From positions 1 to 21,473 of the forward strand of contig CBFGJN010000032.1 in assembly GCA_965649115.1 (NCBI GenBank): a stretch of 21,473 nucleotides of DNA, in the 5' to 3' direction. Below are positions 7,444-15,987 of this stretch, one piece after another. This DNA is from a candidate division WOR-3 bacterium. GTDB taxonomy: Bacteria; Hydrothermota; Hydrothermia; LBFQ01; DSFT01. How positions within the stretch are numbered: the stretch's first letter is position 1; each line of letters opens with the position of its first letter. The translations under genes were made by a program, and so were the position numbers. The notes below the pieces were generated by a model. That model did not search any database. It was given only the letters and a program-made list of their open reading frames with translations, and was not told where the DNA came from.

Positions 7444-8411
7444 CTATTCTTTCAACTCTTCAACAATTTCAATATCAAAACTTTTAGCAATAACGACTGC
7501 TTTATCATTAGCAGATGGTGTTAAAATAATTTTCTTGTCAATTTTTGTATTAAATTTCTTCTCATATAACTTAACTTTCCTTTCAAATGTAGAAACATCA
7601 CCTTCACTAATTGATGATTTTATTTCAATTGCTATTTTCTTACTATCTTTAATGATTATATCAATCTCTATTTGACTTGGCTTTAAAAATACATATCCTT
7701 CTTCATCAAAGAAAACGATATTTTCAACAGCATAACCTAAATCTTCAATAATAGTTTTTATTCTCTAAATGTTTCTTCTGCCATTAATCCCCATCTTGCT
7801 CCAAGTGATGTTATTTTTCTATCTATCTTTTTGTCTAATCTATCAATTGCTTGTGTTAGTTTTTCAATTGCTTGCCATATTCTTTGATTTTCTTTTTCTT
7901 GCCTTTCAAATCCTTCTTTCATATCTTTTCTCATTTCTTCAATTGCCTGCCATATTCTTTGATTTTCTTTTTCTTGTCTTTCAAATCCTTCTCTTATTGC
8001 CTGCCAAATTTTTTCATTTTCTTTTGCTTGTCTTTCAAACCCCTCTTTTATTGCTTGCCATATTCTTTCATTTTCTTTTGATTGTCTCTCAAATCTTTCA
8101 TTCATATCTTTTCTCATTTCTTCAATAGATTGCCAAATTCTTTCTATATTCTGCCATATTCTTTGATTTTCTTTTTCTTGTTTTTCAAATCTTTCATTCA
8201 TATCTTTTCTCATTTGTTCAATTGATTGCCATATTCTCTCTATATTCTGCCATATTCTTTGATTTTCTTTTGCTTGTTCTGAAAATCCTTGCCTAATCTC
8301 CTTAACAATAGCATTTATTACTTCTTCAATAAGAATTGTAAATGCTTCCCTCATTATTTCCCTATGCTCTGGTGGTAGTTTTTCTAAAACTTTATTTAAT
8401 TTTTCTATCAT
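7444..8411 (-). pseudogene. Frameshifted coiled-coil repeat protein with C-terminal PD-(D/E)XK nuclease-like domain (DUF3782-like)
   Basis: ORF 8411-7758 ends at …LGARWGLMAEETFRE*, the family's linker motif. The shifted frame 7761-7444 continues IKTIIEDLGYAVENIVFFDEEGYVFLKPSQIEIDIIIKDSKKIAIEIKSSISEGDVSTFERKVKLYEKKFNTKIDKKIILTPSANDKAVVIAKSFDIEIVEELKE*, with an intact D…E-x-K motif. Confidence 0.85.
7863..8276 (-). repeat. Intragenic tandem repeats encoding coiled-coil modules of 32, 32, 18, 18 and 25 aa plus a partial unit
   Basis: Units begin Q-x-K-E-N-(Q/E)-(R/K)-I-W-Q. Near-identical DNA (TGCCATATTCTTTGATTTTCTTT on +) recurs at 54, 75 and 96 bp spacing. Confidence 0.9.
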
Positions 8412-8419
8412 AGTTTGAT

Positions 8420-8429
8420 AATTTTAAAG
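8420..8429 (-). promoter_or_regulatory. CTTTAAAATT motif upstream of the coiled-coil/nuclease gene
   Basis: AATTTTAAAG on + reads CTTTAAAATT on -. TAAAAT lies 9 nt before the ATG at 8411; no Shine-Dalgarno. Confidence 0.5.
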
Positions 8430-8437
8430 GATAAATA

Positions 8438-8482
8438 ATACTCACTCTAAAATTAAGCCTTCGGCTTAAAAATACCCATTTT
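8438..8482 (-). repeat. Internal fragment of the MITE-like element, inverted
   Basis: Reverse complement reads AAAATGGGTATTTTTAAGCCGAAGGCTTAATTTTAGAGTGAG, matching copy 3 AAAATGGGTATTTATAAGCCGAAGGCTTATTCATAGGGTGGG. Hairpin TTAAGCC-TTC-GGCTTAA at 8453-8469. Confidence 0.75.
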
Positions 8483-8518
8483 ATGGATAAAAATTCAATT
8501 TTTAGAAAATTTTTTTAG

Positions 8519-8528
8519 CTTTAAAATT
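8519..8528 (+). promoter_or_regulatory. CTTTAAAATT motif upstream of the heme operon (divergent from the 8420-8429 motif)
   Basis: Exact motif; TAAAAT lies 14 nt before ATG 8542; no Shine-Dalgarno. Confidence 0.5.
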
Positions 8529-8541
8529 TTCTTCCTTTTAA

Positions 8542-10554
8542 ATGTTAAAAATTTATGGATTAGAAATAAATCATAAAACTGCTCCAATTGAAATAAGAGA
8601 AAAATTTTATTTGAACGAAAAGGAAATAGAGGGCATTTTAAAATTCTTAAAGAATATTAAATTCAACAGCGAAATTTATATTATTTCAACATGTAATCGC
8701 TTTGGGATATTTTCTGATTATGAAGATATTTATTATATTTTGAAAAAAATTTTAGAATTTAAAAAATTATCTAATGAAAATGATTTAAATTATTTTAAAT
8801 TTTATGAAAATGAACATTTGATAAGACATATTTTTAGATTGTCAGCAGGTTTAGAATCACAGGTTTTAGGAGAGCATCAGATATTAGGTCAAATGAAAAA
8901 ATTCTATAATATAAGCTTGAAATTTGGATTTATTAGAGAAAATTTTGGTGAGTTATTGAGAAGAAGTTTTAAATTTGGAAAATTTTTAAGAACGAATTTA
9001 TATACCAGGAATTTATCATTTGGGTTTTTGGTTATTGAAATTATTAAAAAATTTAATTTTGAAGAACCAAATATCTTAATTATTGGAACAGGAGAAATGG
9101 CTTTTGAAATTTTCAATAACTTAAAAAGAATAAAATTTAATAAAATTTTTATTGCAAGTAGGGAGTTTAATAGGGCTAAGTTCTTTGCCTTAAATTCAAG
9201 AATTATTCCAATAAGTTATGACCAAATAAAAGAAATTCTAAATAAAATGAATTTTGTTATTTCTGTTTCAAATGTTAATAGCTATATTGTGAATTTAGAT
9301 GATGTTAAAAATGAGAAAATTGTTTTTATAGATCTTGGTGTTCCAAGAACAATAGACCCAAAAATAAGAAATAAATGTCAGTTATATAATCTTGATGATT
9401 TGAATAGTTTTATATTTTCAGAAAATAAGAATTTTTTATTGGCTGAAACACTTGTTGAAGAAGAGATTGAAAAATTTAGGAAATGGCTAAAAGAAAAAAG
9501 AAGCTATCCTTTTATAAAAAGCATAAAATTTTACATTGATAATTTAAATGAAAGATATGAAAAAAATAAAATTTTAAATAAAATTTTACATAATGTTTTT
9601 TCAAAAATGAAGGAAATTTCAAGAGATTTTAATAATCCTGAAATTTTTCTAAGTGCTATTGAAAGTGCTATTTTAAATAAATCTTTTGTTTTAGAAAGAA
9701 GAAAACAAATTGTAATAGGAACAAGAGGTAGTCTATTGGCATTAAGTCAAACCAAAGAAGTTGTTAATAAGTTAAAGGAAATTTATCCCGATTTTGATTT
9801 CATTATAAAAATAATAAAAACCTCAGGTGATGTTGGAGAAAATGTAAGGGGAGCTTTTGTTAAGGAAATTAGGGAAGAACTATTAAATGGAGATATAGAT
9901 ATAGCTATTCATAGTTTGAAGGATGTTCCACCTGATGATTTTGAACATTTAACATTTGGAGCTATTCCTAAAAGAGCTGATCCAAGAGATGTTATGATAT
10001 CTTATCAGAATTTATCTTTTACTAACCTTCCTTATGGTGCTATTGTTGGAACTTCAAGTCCAAGAAGAAAAATTCAATTATTAGAAATGAGAAATGATTT
10101 AAAAATTATTCCAATTAAAGGTAATATAGATACAAGGATAAAGAAATTAAAGAATGGTGAAATTGATGCTTTAATTTTAGCAAAAGCTGGTATTGATAGA
10201 ATTGGATTATCATTTTTAATAACTGAGGTTTTTGATGTTGAAAAAATTGTTCCTGCACCAGGTCAAGGTGCATTAGTTCTTGAAGTAAGGAAAGATGATG
10301 AATTCATATTAAATTTAATAAAACCCTTAGATGACTTTGAAACAAGAATATGTGTAATTGCTGAAAGGATATTTATGAAAGAGGTTGGAGGTGATTGTAA
10401 GTTTCCAATTGGAGCTTATGCATATATAAGAGATAATCAATTCTTTATGATAGGTATGGTTTCTAATCCTTATCCTAAGAAACTTATATTAAGTGGTGAT
10501 ATTGGAAATTCAGAAAATATAAGTAGAGAGCTTGCTTATAGGTTATTAAAATGA
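8542..10554 (+). CDS. hemA-hemC: Fusion of glutamyl-tRNA reductase (HemA, ~aa 1-380) and hydroxymethylbilane synthase / PBG deaminase (HemC, ~aa 388-670)
   Basis: HemA motifs: NHKTAPIEIRE, STCNR, GLESQVLGEHQILGQ, IIGTGEMA, IDLGVPRTID. HemC motifs: IGTRGSLLALSQT, HSLKDVP, VGTSSPRR, GNIDTRIKKL, PAPGQGAL, GGDCKFPIG. One uninterrupted frame. Confidence 0.95.
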   Translation: MLKIYGLEINHKTAPIEIREKFYLNEKEIEGILKFLKNIKFNSEIYIISTCNRFGIFSDYEDIYYILKKILEFKKLSNENDLNYFKFYENEHLIRHIFRLSAGLESQVLGEHQILGQMKKFYNISLKFGFIRENFGELLRRSFKFGKFLRTNLYTRNLSFGFLVIEIIKKFNFEEPNILIIGTGEMAFEIFNNLKRIKFNKIFIASREFNRAKFFALNSRIIPISYDQIKEILNKMNFVISVSNVNSYIVNLDDVKNEKIVFIDLGVPRTIDPKIRNKCQLYNLDDLNSFIFSENKNFLLAETLVEEEIEKFRKWLKEKRSYPFIKSIKFYIDNLNERYEKNKILNKILHNVFSKMKEISRDFNNPEIFLSAIESAILNKSFVLERRKQIVIGTRGSLLALSQTKEVVNKLKEIYPDFDFIIKIIKTSGDVGENVRGAFVKEIREELLNGDIDIAIHSLKDVPPDDFEHLTFGAIPKRADPRDVMISYQNLSFTNLPYGAIVGTSSPRRKIQLLEMRNDLKIIPIKGNIDTRIKKLKNGEIDALILAKAGIDRIGLSFLITEVFDVEKIVPAPGQGALVLEVRKDDEFILNLIKPLDDFETRICVIAERIFMKEVGGDCKFPIGAYAYIRDNQFFMIGMVSNPYPKKLILSGDIGNSENISRELAYRLLK

Positions 10555-11318
10555 CCTTATTAAATAAAAAATTCTTAATTTTAAGACCAAGAGAACATAT
10601 TGAAATTTCAATAAAATTAATAAATGAAAAGGGCGGTTTGGCAATTGTTGTACCTTCAATAAAAATTGTTCCTATTAGTGATTGGTCAGTTGTTGATATT
10701 CATATTAAAAAATTATTTGATGGTTTTTACGATTGGTTAATTTTTACAAGTCCAAATGGTGTTGAAATTGTTATGAATCATATATTGGATATTAGTTTAA
10801 ATCCCAAAAATATAAAGTCAAAAATAGCGGTTATTGGTCCATCAACATTAAAAAAACTTAAAAATTATAAATTAAAAGCTGATAAAATTCCAAGTAATTT
10901 TATTGGAGAAAGTTTAGTAGATGTTCTTGGAGATGTAAAAAATTTAAATATCCTTATATTAAGGTCATCAATTGGAAGAAAAGCGATTTTGGATATTCTT
11001 AAATCAAAAGGAGCTAATGTAATTGATATTCCTGTTTATAATGTTCAATTGATTAATATAAGCAAGGAATTAGAAGAAATTATTCATCAAGTAGATTATG
11101 TTCTATTAACGAGTTCTTCAATTGCAAAGTCATTTTTTAATTCTATTAAGTCTATCCCAGATAATTTGAAAATTGCTTGTATTGGTCCAATAACAGCACA
11201 AACTGTTATTTCAATGGGCTTTAAAGCTGATATTGTAGCAAAAGAACATACATTTGAAGGTTTGATAAAGGAGGTTGAAGAATATGAGAAGGCCAAGAAG
11301 AATGAGAGTAAAGGATAG
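10551..11318 (+). CDS. hemD: Uroporphyrinogen-III synthase
   Basis: Motifs [43 protein letters not shown] overlap with hemA-hemC. Confidence 0.93.
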   Translation: MTLLNKKFLILRPREHIEISIKLINEKGGLAIVVPSIKIVPISDWSVVDIHIKKLFDGFYDWLIFTSPNGVEIVMNHILDISLNPKNIKSKIAVIGPSTLKKLKNYKLKADKIPSNFIGESLVDVLGDVKNLNILILRSSIGRKAILDILKSKGANVIDIPVYNVQLINISKELEEIIHQVDYVLLTSSSIAKSFFNSIKSIPDNLKIACIGPITAQTVISMGFKADIVAKEHTFEGLIKEVEEYEKAKKNESKG

Positions 11319-12249
11319 TTTAAGAGAGCTTGTAAGAGAGACAAGGTTAAGTGTAGAAAATCTGGTTTATCCAATTTTTGTTCTTCCTTATGAGGAAGCA
11401 AAAGAACCGATTGATAGTATGCCTGGTCAATTTAGATTAGGTTATAGGAATTTATTAGAAGAAATTAAAGAGATAAAGGAATTAGGAATAAAAGCAGTTT
11501 TATTATTTGGTATTCCAAAAGAAAAAGATGAGTTTGGCTCTTATGCTTATGATGAAAATGGAGTTGTTCAAAATGCTATAAAAATTATAAAAGATAAATT
11601 TCCTGAAATAACTATTATTACAGATGTTTGTTTGTGCTCTTATACAACCCATGGTCATTGTGGTATTGTGAAAGATGGGAAAGTTTTGAATGATGAAACA
11701 CTTGAAATTCTATCAAAAGTAGCAATTTCGCATGCAAGAGCAGGGGCGGATATTGTTGCACCAAGTGCTATGATGGACCATCAAGTAAGAGCGATAAGAA
11801 ATGCTCTTGATAGTGAAGGTTATATAGATGTTGGAATAATGTCATATTCTGCAAAATTTTTCTCTTCATTTTATGGTCCTTTTAGACAAGCAGCAGATTC
11901 CTCTCCGAAGTTTGGAAATAGATCATCTTATCAGATGGATTATGCTAATGCTCGTGAGGCTATTGTTGAAGTTGAAATGGATATTTTAGAAGGAGCTGAT
12001 ATTGTCATGGTAAAACCAGCATTAAGTTATCTTGATATTATCCATGTTATTAGCAAGAAATTCAATGTTCCTATTGCTGCCTATAATGTTAGTGGTGAAT
12101 ATGCTATGATAAAATCTGCTTCTGAAAAAGGATGGATAAATGAGAAAGATATTGTTATTGAAATCCTTACCTCAATAAAAAGAGCTGGTGCTAATATCAT
12201 AATAACTTATTTTGCAAAGGAGGTTTCAAAATGGATAAGAAACTTTTAA
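11284..12249 (+). CDS. hemB: Porphobilinogen synthase (ALA dehydratase), Zn-binding type
   Basis: Motifs [47 protein letters not shown]. Start set to ATG 11284, 9 nt after AAGGAGG (11268-11274), rather than TTG 11275. Confidence 0.97.
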   Translation: MRRPRRMRVKDSLRELVRETRLSVENLVYPIFVLPYEEAKEPIDSMPGQFRLGYRNLLEEIKEIKELGIKAVLLFGIPKEKDEFGSYAYDENGVVQNAIKIIKDKFPEITIITDVCLCSYTTHGHCGIVKDGKVLNDETLEILSKVAISHARAGADIVAPSAMMDHQVRAIRNALDSEGYIDVGIMSYSAKFFSSFYGPFRQAADSSPKFGNRSSYQMDYANAREAIVEVEMDILEGADIVMVKPALSYLDIIHVISKKFNVPIAAYNVSGEYAMIKSASEKGWINEKDIVIEILTSIKRAGANIIITYFAKEVSKWIRNF

Positions 12250-12869
12250 TTCACTATTCAATATATAAAATAAAAGATGGAAAAAATTTAAAAAGCTTTT
12301 TAGAAGACTTTGAAAAATTTACAAATAAGGTTTTCTTTTACATTACAACGCCTTTTAGAAGTGAGTACGATTTGCTAGTTTGGAGTATTATTTTACCTGA
12401 GAATGTAAAAAATTTTTTCATTTCATTTACAAAACATAAATTTAAATTTAGTGATATTGTTGAATTAAGGGAGATATTTTGGGGTTTTACAAAACCTTCA
12501 ATATATACAAAAGGTCAATCTCCACAAGAAATTAATCCTTTTACTGATTATAGAAAGAGTTATTTTATTGTTTATCCTTTTGTAAAGACTGCTGATTGGT
12601 ATTTATTAAGCTTTGAAGATAGAAAGGAAATGATGTACGAACATATAAGAATAGGGAAAAAATATCAAGAAATTCTACAATTATTAGTTTATTCATTCGG
12701 ATTAAATGATAGTGAGTTTGTTGTAGCTTATGAAACTGATGATTTAATAAAATTTGAAGAACTTGTTGAAGAATTGAGAACATCAAAAGCCAGAATATAT
12801 ACGAAAAGAGATACACCTATTATTACGGGAATTTACATGAAAAAGGAGGAGATATTAAATGGTATTTGA
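12231..12869 (+). CDS. chdC: Coproheme decarboxylase (ChdC/HemQ, chlorite dismutase-like family)
   Basis: YPFVK motif followed by [20 protein letters not shown]…[18 protein letters not shown]. Located inside the heme operon with hemE/H/Y. AAGGAGG RBS. Confidence 0.88.
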   Translation: MDKKLLIHYSIYKIKDGKNLKSFLEDFEKFTNKVFFYITTPFRSEYDLLVWSIILPENVKNFFISFTKHKFKFSDIVELREIFWGFTKPSIYTKGQSPQEINPFTDYRKSYFIVYPFVKTADWYLLSFEDRKEMMYEHIRIGKKYQEILQLLVYSFGLNDSEFVVAYETDDLIKFEELVEELRTSKARIYTKRDTPIITGIYMKKEEILNGI

Positions 12870-14097
12870 GAATTCTAAAAAGCTTTTTGAAGAAGCAAAA
12901 AAATATCTTATTGGTGGTGTAAATAGTCCTATTAGAGCTTTTAAACAGGTTGGAGGCAATCCAATTTTTATCAGTCATGCAAAAGGTTCAAAAATTTATA
13001 GTGTTGATGGTTTTGAATTTATAGATTATTGTGCTTCTTATGGGGCAATAATTCTTGGACATGCTTATGATGAAGTTATTGAAGAAATAAAGAAAGTTTG
13101 TGAAAAAGGAACAACATTTGGTGCCCCTACAATATATGAGATAGAACTTTCTAAAATGATTTGTTCCGCATTGGAAGTTGATCTTTGTAGATTTGTTAAT
13201 TCTGGAACAGAAGCATTAATGAGTGCGATAAAAGTTTCAAGAGCATGGACAAAAAGAAAATTTATTTTGAAGTTTGAAGGTTGTTATCATGGACATTATG
13301 ATAGTTTAATTGTAAATAAAAATTCAGATATAAGTGAAGGAATTTTAGATGAAGTTAAAGAAAAAACGATTATTATTCCATATAATGATTTTGAGGCATT
13401 AGAAATGGTTTTTGAAAAATTTGGAGAAGAAATAGCTTGTGCAGTTGTAGAACCAATAGCGGGGAATATGGGTGTTGTTTTGCCTGAAAAAAATTTTCTT
13501 GAAAAGTTAAGAAATTTAACAAACGAATATAATTCTTTATTAATTTTTGATGAAGTTATAACAGGATTTAGATTTTGTTTTGGGGGTGTTCAAAAATTAT
13601 TTAATATAAAACCTGACATTACATGTTTGGGTAAAATTATTGGAGGAGGTTTTCCAATAGGTGCTTATTGTGGAAGAAAGGAGATTATGGAAATTGTTTC
13701 ACCAGAAGGTCCTGTTTATCAAGCGGGAACATTTTCTGGGAATCCCGTTTCAATGGTTGCTGGTTTAAAAACACTTGAAATTTTAAAAGAAAATCCAAAG
13801 ATATACGAAGAACTTGATAAAAAAGGTAGAATTTTAGAGGATAATATAAAAAATTTACCTATAACAATAAATAGATTTGGTTCAATGATGACGATATTTT
13901 TTAAAGAAGGTTATGTTAGAAATTATAATGATGTTTTGATGTCTGATAAAGAAAAATTTTCAAAGTTTTTCTGGAAAATGATAGATAAAGGTATATATAT
14001 TCCACCTTCTCAGTACGAGGCTTGGTTTATAACATATGCTCATAGTTATGAAGATATTGAAAAAACAATAAAAGCAATAAGAGAAAGTATAAAATGA
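12859..14097 (+). CDS. hemL: Glutamate-1-semialdehyde 2,1-aminomutase
   Basis: Motifs GGVNSPIRAF, RFVNSGTEA, EGCYHGH, FDEVITGFR, LGKIIGGGFP (PLP lysine), YQAGTFSGNP, PSQYEAWF. Confidence 0.97.
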   Translation: MVFENSKKLFEEAKKYLIGGVNSPIRAFKQVGGNPIFISHAKGSKIYSVDGFEFIDYCASYGAIILGHAYDEVIEEIKKVCEKGTTFGAPTIYEIELSKMICSALEVDLCRFVNSGTEALMSAIKVSRAWTKRKFILKFEGCYHGHYDSLIVNKNSDISEGILDEVKEKTIIIPYNDFEALEMVFEKFGEEIACAVVEPIAGNMGVVLPEKNFLEKLRNLTNEYNSLLIFDEVITGFRFCFGGVQKLFNIKPDITCLGKIIGGGFPIGAYCGRKEIMEIVSPEGPVYQAGTFSGNPVSMVAGLKTLEILKENPKIYEELDKKGRILEDNIKNLPITINRFGSMMTIFFKEGYVRNYNDVLMSDKEKFSKFFWKMIDKGIYIPPSQYEAWFITYAHSYEDIEKTIKAIRESIK

Positions 14098-15119
14098 ATA
14101 CGAGATTCTTAAAGGCGTGTAATAATGAGAAAGTAGATACAATTCCTGTTTGGTTTATGAGACAAGCGGGAAGATATTTACCACAATATAGAAAAGTAAG
14201 AGAAAAATTCAGCATAATTGAAATTATAAAAAATCCAGAGATTTGTTCTTATGTTTCTATTCTGCCTGTTAAAGAGTTAAATGTGGATGCTTGTATTTTA
14301 TTTTCTGATTTAACAACACCTTTAATTTTTATGGATGTTGAATTTGATATTGTTGAAAATGAGGGGCCGGTTTTATTGAAGACCATTGAAAGTTATAAAG
14401 ATATTTTAAATTTAAAACAATTTGATGATAAGAAAATTCAGTTTGTTGGTGAAACAATATCAATTTTAAGGCAAATTTCAGATGTTCCTATAATTGGTTT
14501 TATAGGAGGTCCATTTACATTTGTAAGTTATTTAGTTGAGGGAAAATCTACAAGAAACTTTATAAAAACGAAGTTCTTGATGTTAAATGAAACAAAAGTC
14601 TGGAATTCTTTAATGGAAAAGATAACTGAAAATTTATTTATGTTTGCAAAATATCAAATAGAAAATGGCGTTAATGCATTACAGATTTTTGATAGTTGGA
14701 TATATGTTTTAGGAAGTTATGAATTTGAAAATTATGTTTTACCTTACTTGGAAATGTTAATCTCCAAATTAAAATTATTCAAAGTTCCAATAATATACTT
14801 TTCATTAGGTGATTTAGCTATAAAATTCATAGATAGAATAAATGCAGATGTTATTTCTGTTGATTGGAGGGTAGATTTAAAACAATTATTTAACATAGAT
14901 AAAAAATTTTCTATCCAAGGTAATCTTGACCCATGTATTTTATTAACTTCTTTTGAAAATATAAAGTTAAGGGTTGAGATGCTTTTAAATCAAATAAATA
15001 ACAATAAGGGTTATATTTTTAACTGCGGACATGGAATTTTACCACAAACACCTGTTGAAAATGTTAAAAAGCTTGTAGAGTTTGTTCATCAAAAAGGGAG
15101 GGAAATTTATGGGGGTTAA
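14094..15119 (+). CDS. hemE: Uroporphyrinogen decarboxylase
   Basis: Motifs PVWFMRQAGRYLPQY, ILFSDL, GFIGGPFT, QIFDSW, QGNLDP, IFNCGHGILP. Confidence 0.97.
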   Translation: MNTRFLKACNNEKVDTIPVWFMRQAGRYLPQYRKVREKFSIIEIIKNPEICSYVSILPVKELNVDACILFSDLTTPLIFMDVEFDIVENEGPVLLKTIESYKDILNLKQFDDKKIQFVGETISILRQISDVPIIGFIGGPFTFVSYLVEGKSTRNFIKTKFLMLNETKVWNSLMEKITENLFMFAKYQIENGVNALQIFDSWIYVLGSYEFENYVLPYLEMLISKLKLFKVPIIYFSLGDLAIKFIDRINADVISVDWRVDLKQLFNIDKKFSIQGNLDPCILLTSFENIKLRVEMLLNQINNNKGYIFNCGHGILPQTPVENVKKLVEFVHQKGREIYGG

Positions 15120-15987
15120 AGGTGTTCTTTTGATGGCATATGGAAGTCCTTTAAATTTAGATGATGTTGAAAGATATTATACGGATATAAGAAGAGGTAG
15201 AAAGCCATCTGATGAGGAAATAGAAGAATTAAAAGAAAGATATAAGAGAATTGGTGGAATATCTCCACTTTACAATATAACATTTAACTTAGCAAGAAAA
15301 TTACAAAATGAACTTCCTAAGGATTATAAGGTTTATGTTGGTTTTAAACATTCACCACCATTTATATATCAAGTTGTTGAAAAAATGTTTATAGAAAATA
15401 TAAAGAATGCTATTGGTATTGTTCTTGCTCCACATTATTCAAAAATGAGTGTTGAAGAGTACTTTGAAATAGCAAGAAGCGGATTTGAAAAATATAACAT
15501 GAAATTAATTGAAATTAAAAATTGGCATATGGAAAAAGAACTATTAGAGTTATGGTCTAATTTAATAAGAGAGAAATTTAAGGAAAATATGTTCGTTGTA
15601 TTTTCAGCTCATAGTCTTCCTGAAAGGATTTTAAAATGGAATGATCCATATGTTCAACAACTGATGGAAATGGCAAGTTATTTAGCAAATCTAAATAATA
15701 TAAAAAATTGGACATTTGCTTTTCAAAGTGCAGGTAGAACATCTGAGAAATGGCTTGGACCTGATATTCTTGATGTTTTAGAAGATGTGAAAAATAAAGG
15801 TTTTACAAGTGTTCTGATAGTTCCAATTGGATTTTTGTGTGATCATCTTGAAGTTTTATATGATATTGATATTGAGTGTTTTGAAAAAGGGAAAGAATTA
15901 GGTTTAGAAATTTGTAGAACATCTATGCCTAATGACAGAAATGAACTTATTATGCTATTAAAAAGAATTATTATTGAAAATTTATGA
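15109..15987 (+). CDS. hemH: Ferrochelatase, Bacillus-like coproporphyrin ferrochelatase (CpfC/HemH)
   Basis: Motifs LLMAYGSP…YYTDIRRGR…RYKRIGGISPL, LAPHYS, FSAHSLP, FQSAG…WLGPD, DHLEVLYDID. ATG 15109 follows GGGAGG and is preferred over TTG 15082. Confidence 0.96.
   Translation: MGVKGVLLMAYGSPLNLDDVERYYTDIRRGRKPSDEEIEELKERYKRIGGISPLYNITFNLARKLQNELPKDYKVYVGFKHSPPFIYQVVEKMFIENIKNAIGIVLAPHYSKMSVEEYFEIARSGFEKYNMKLIEIKNWHMEKELLELWSNLIREKFKENMFVVFSAHSLPERILKWNDPYVQQLMEMASYLANLNNIKNWTFAFQSAGRTSEKWLGPDILDVLEDVKNKGFTSVLIVPIGFLCDHLEVLYDIDIECFEKGKELGLEICRTSMPNDRNELIMLLKRIIIENL

Noticed and set aside
7769..8128. Hydrophobic Phe/Leu-rich ORFs 7769-8128 and 7872-8081 on +
   Set aside because: Antisense shadows of the Glu/Lys/Arg-rich coiled-coil repeats.
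12231..12869. Chlorite dismutase (perchlorate respiration) assignment
   Set aside because: No signal peptide, YPFVK motif and position inside the hemE/H/Y operon favour coproheme decarboxylase.
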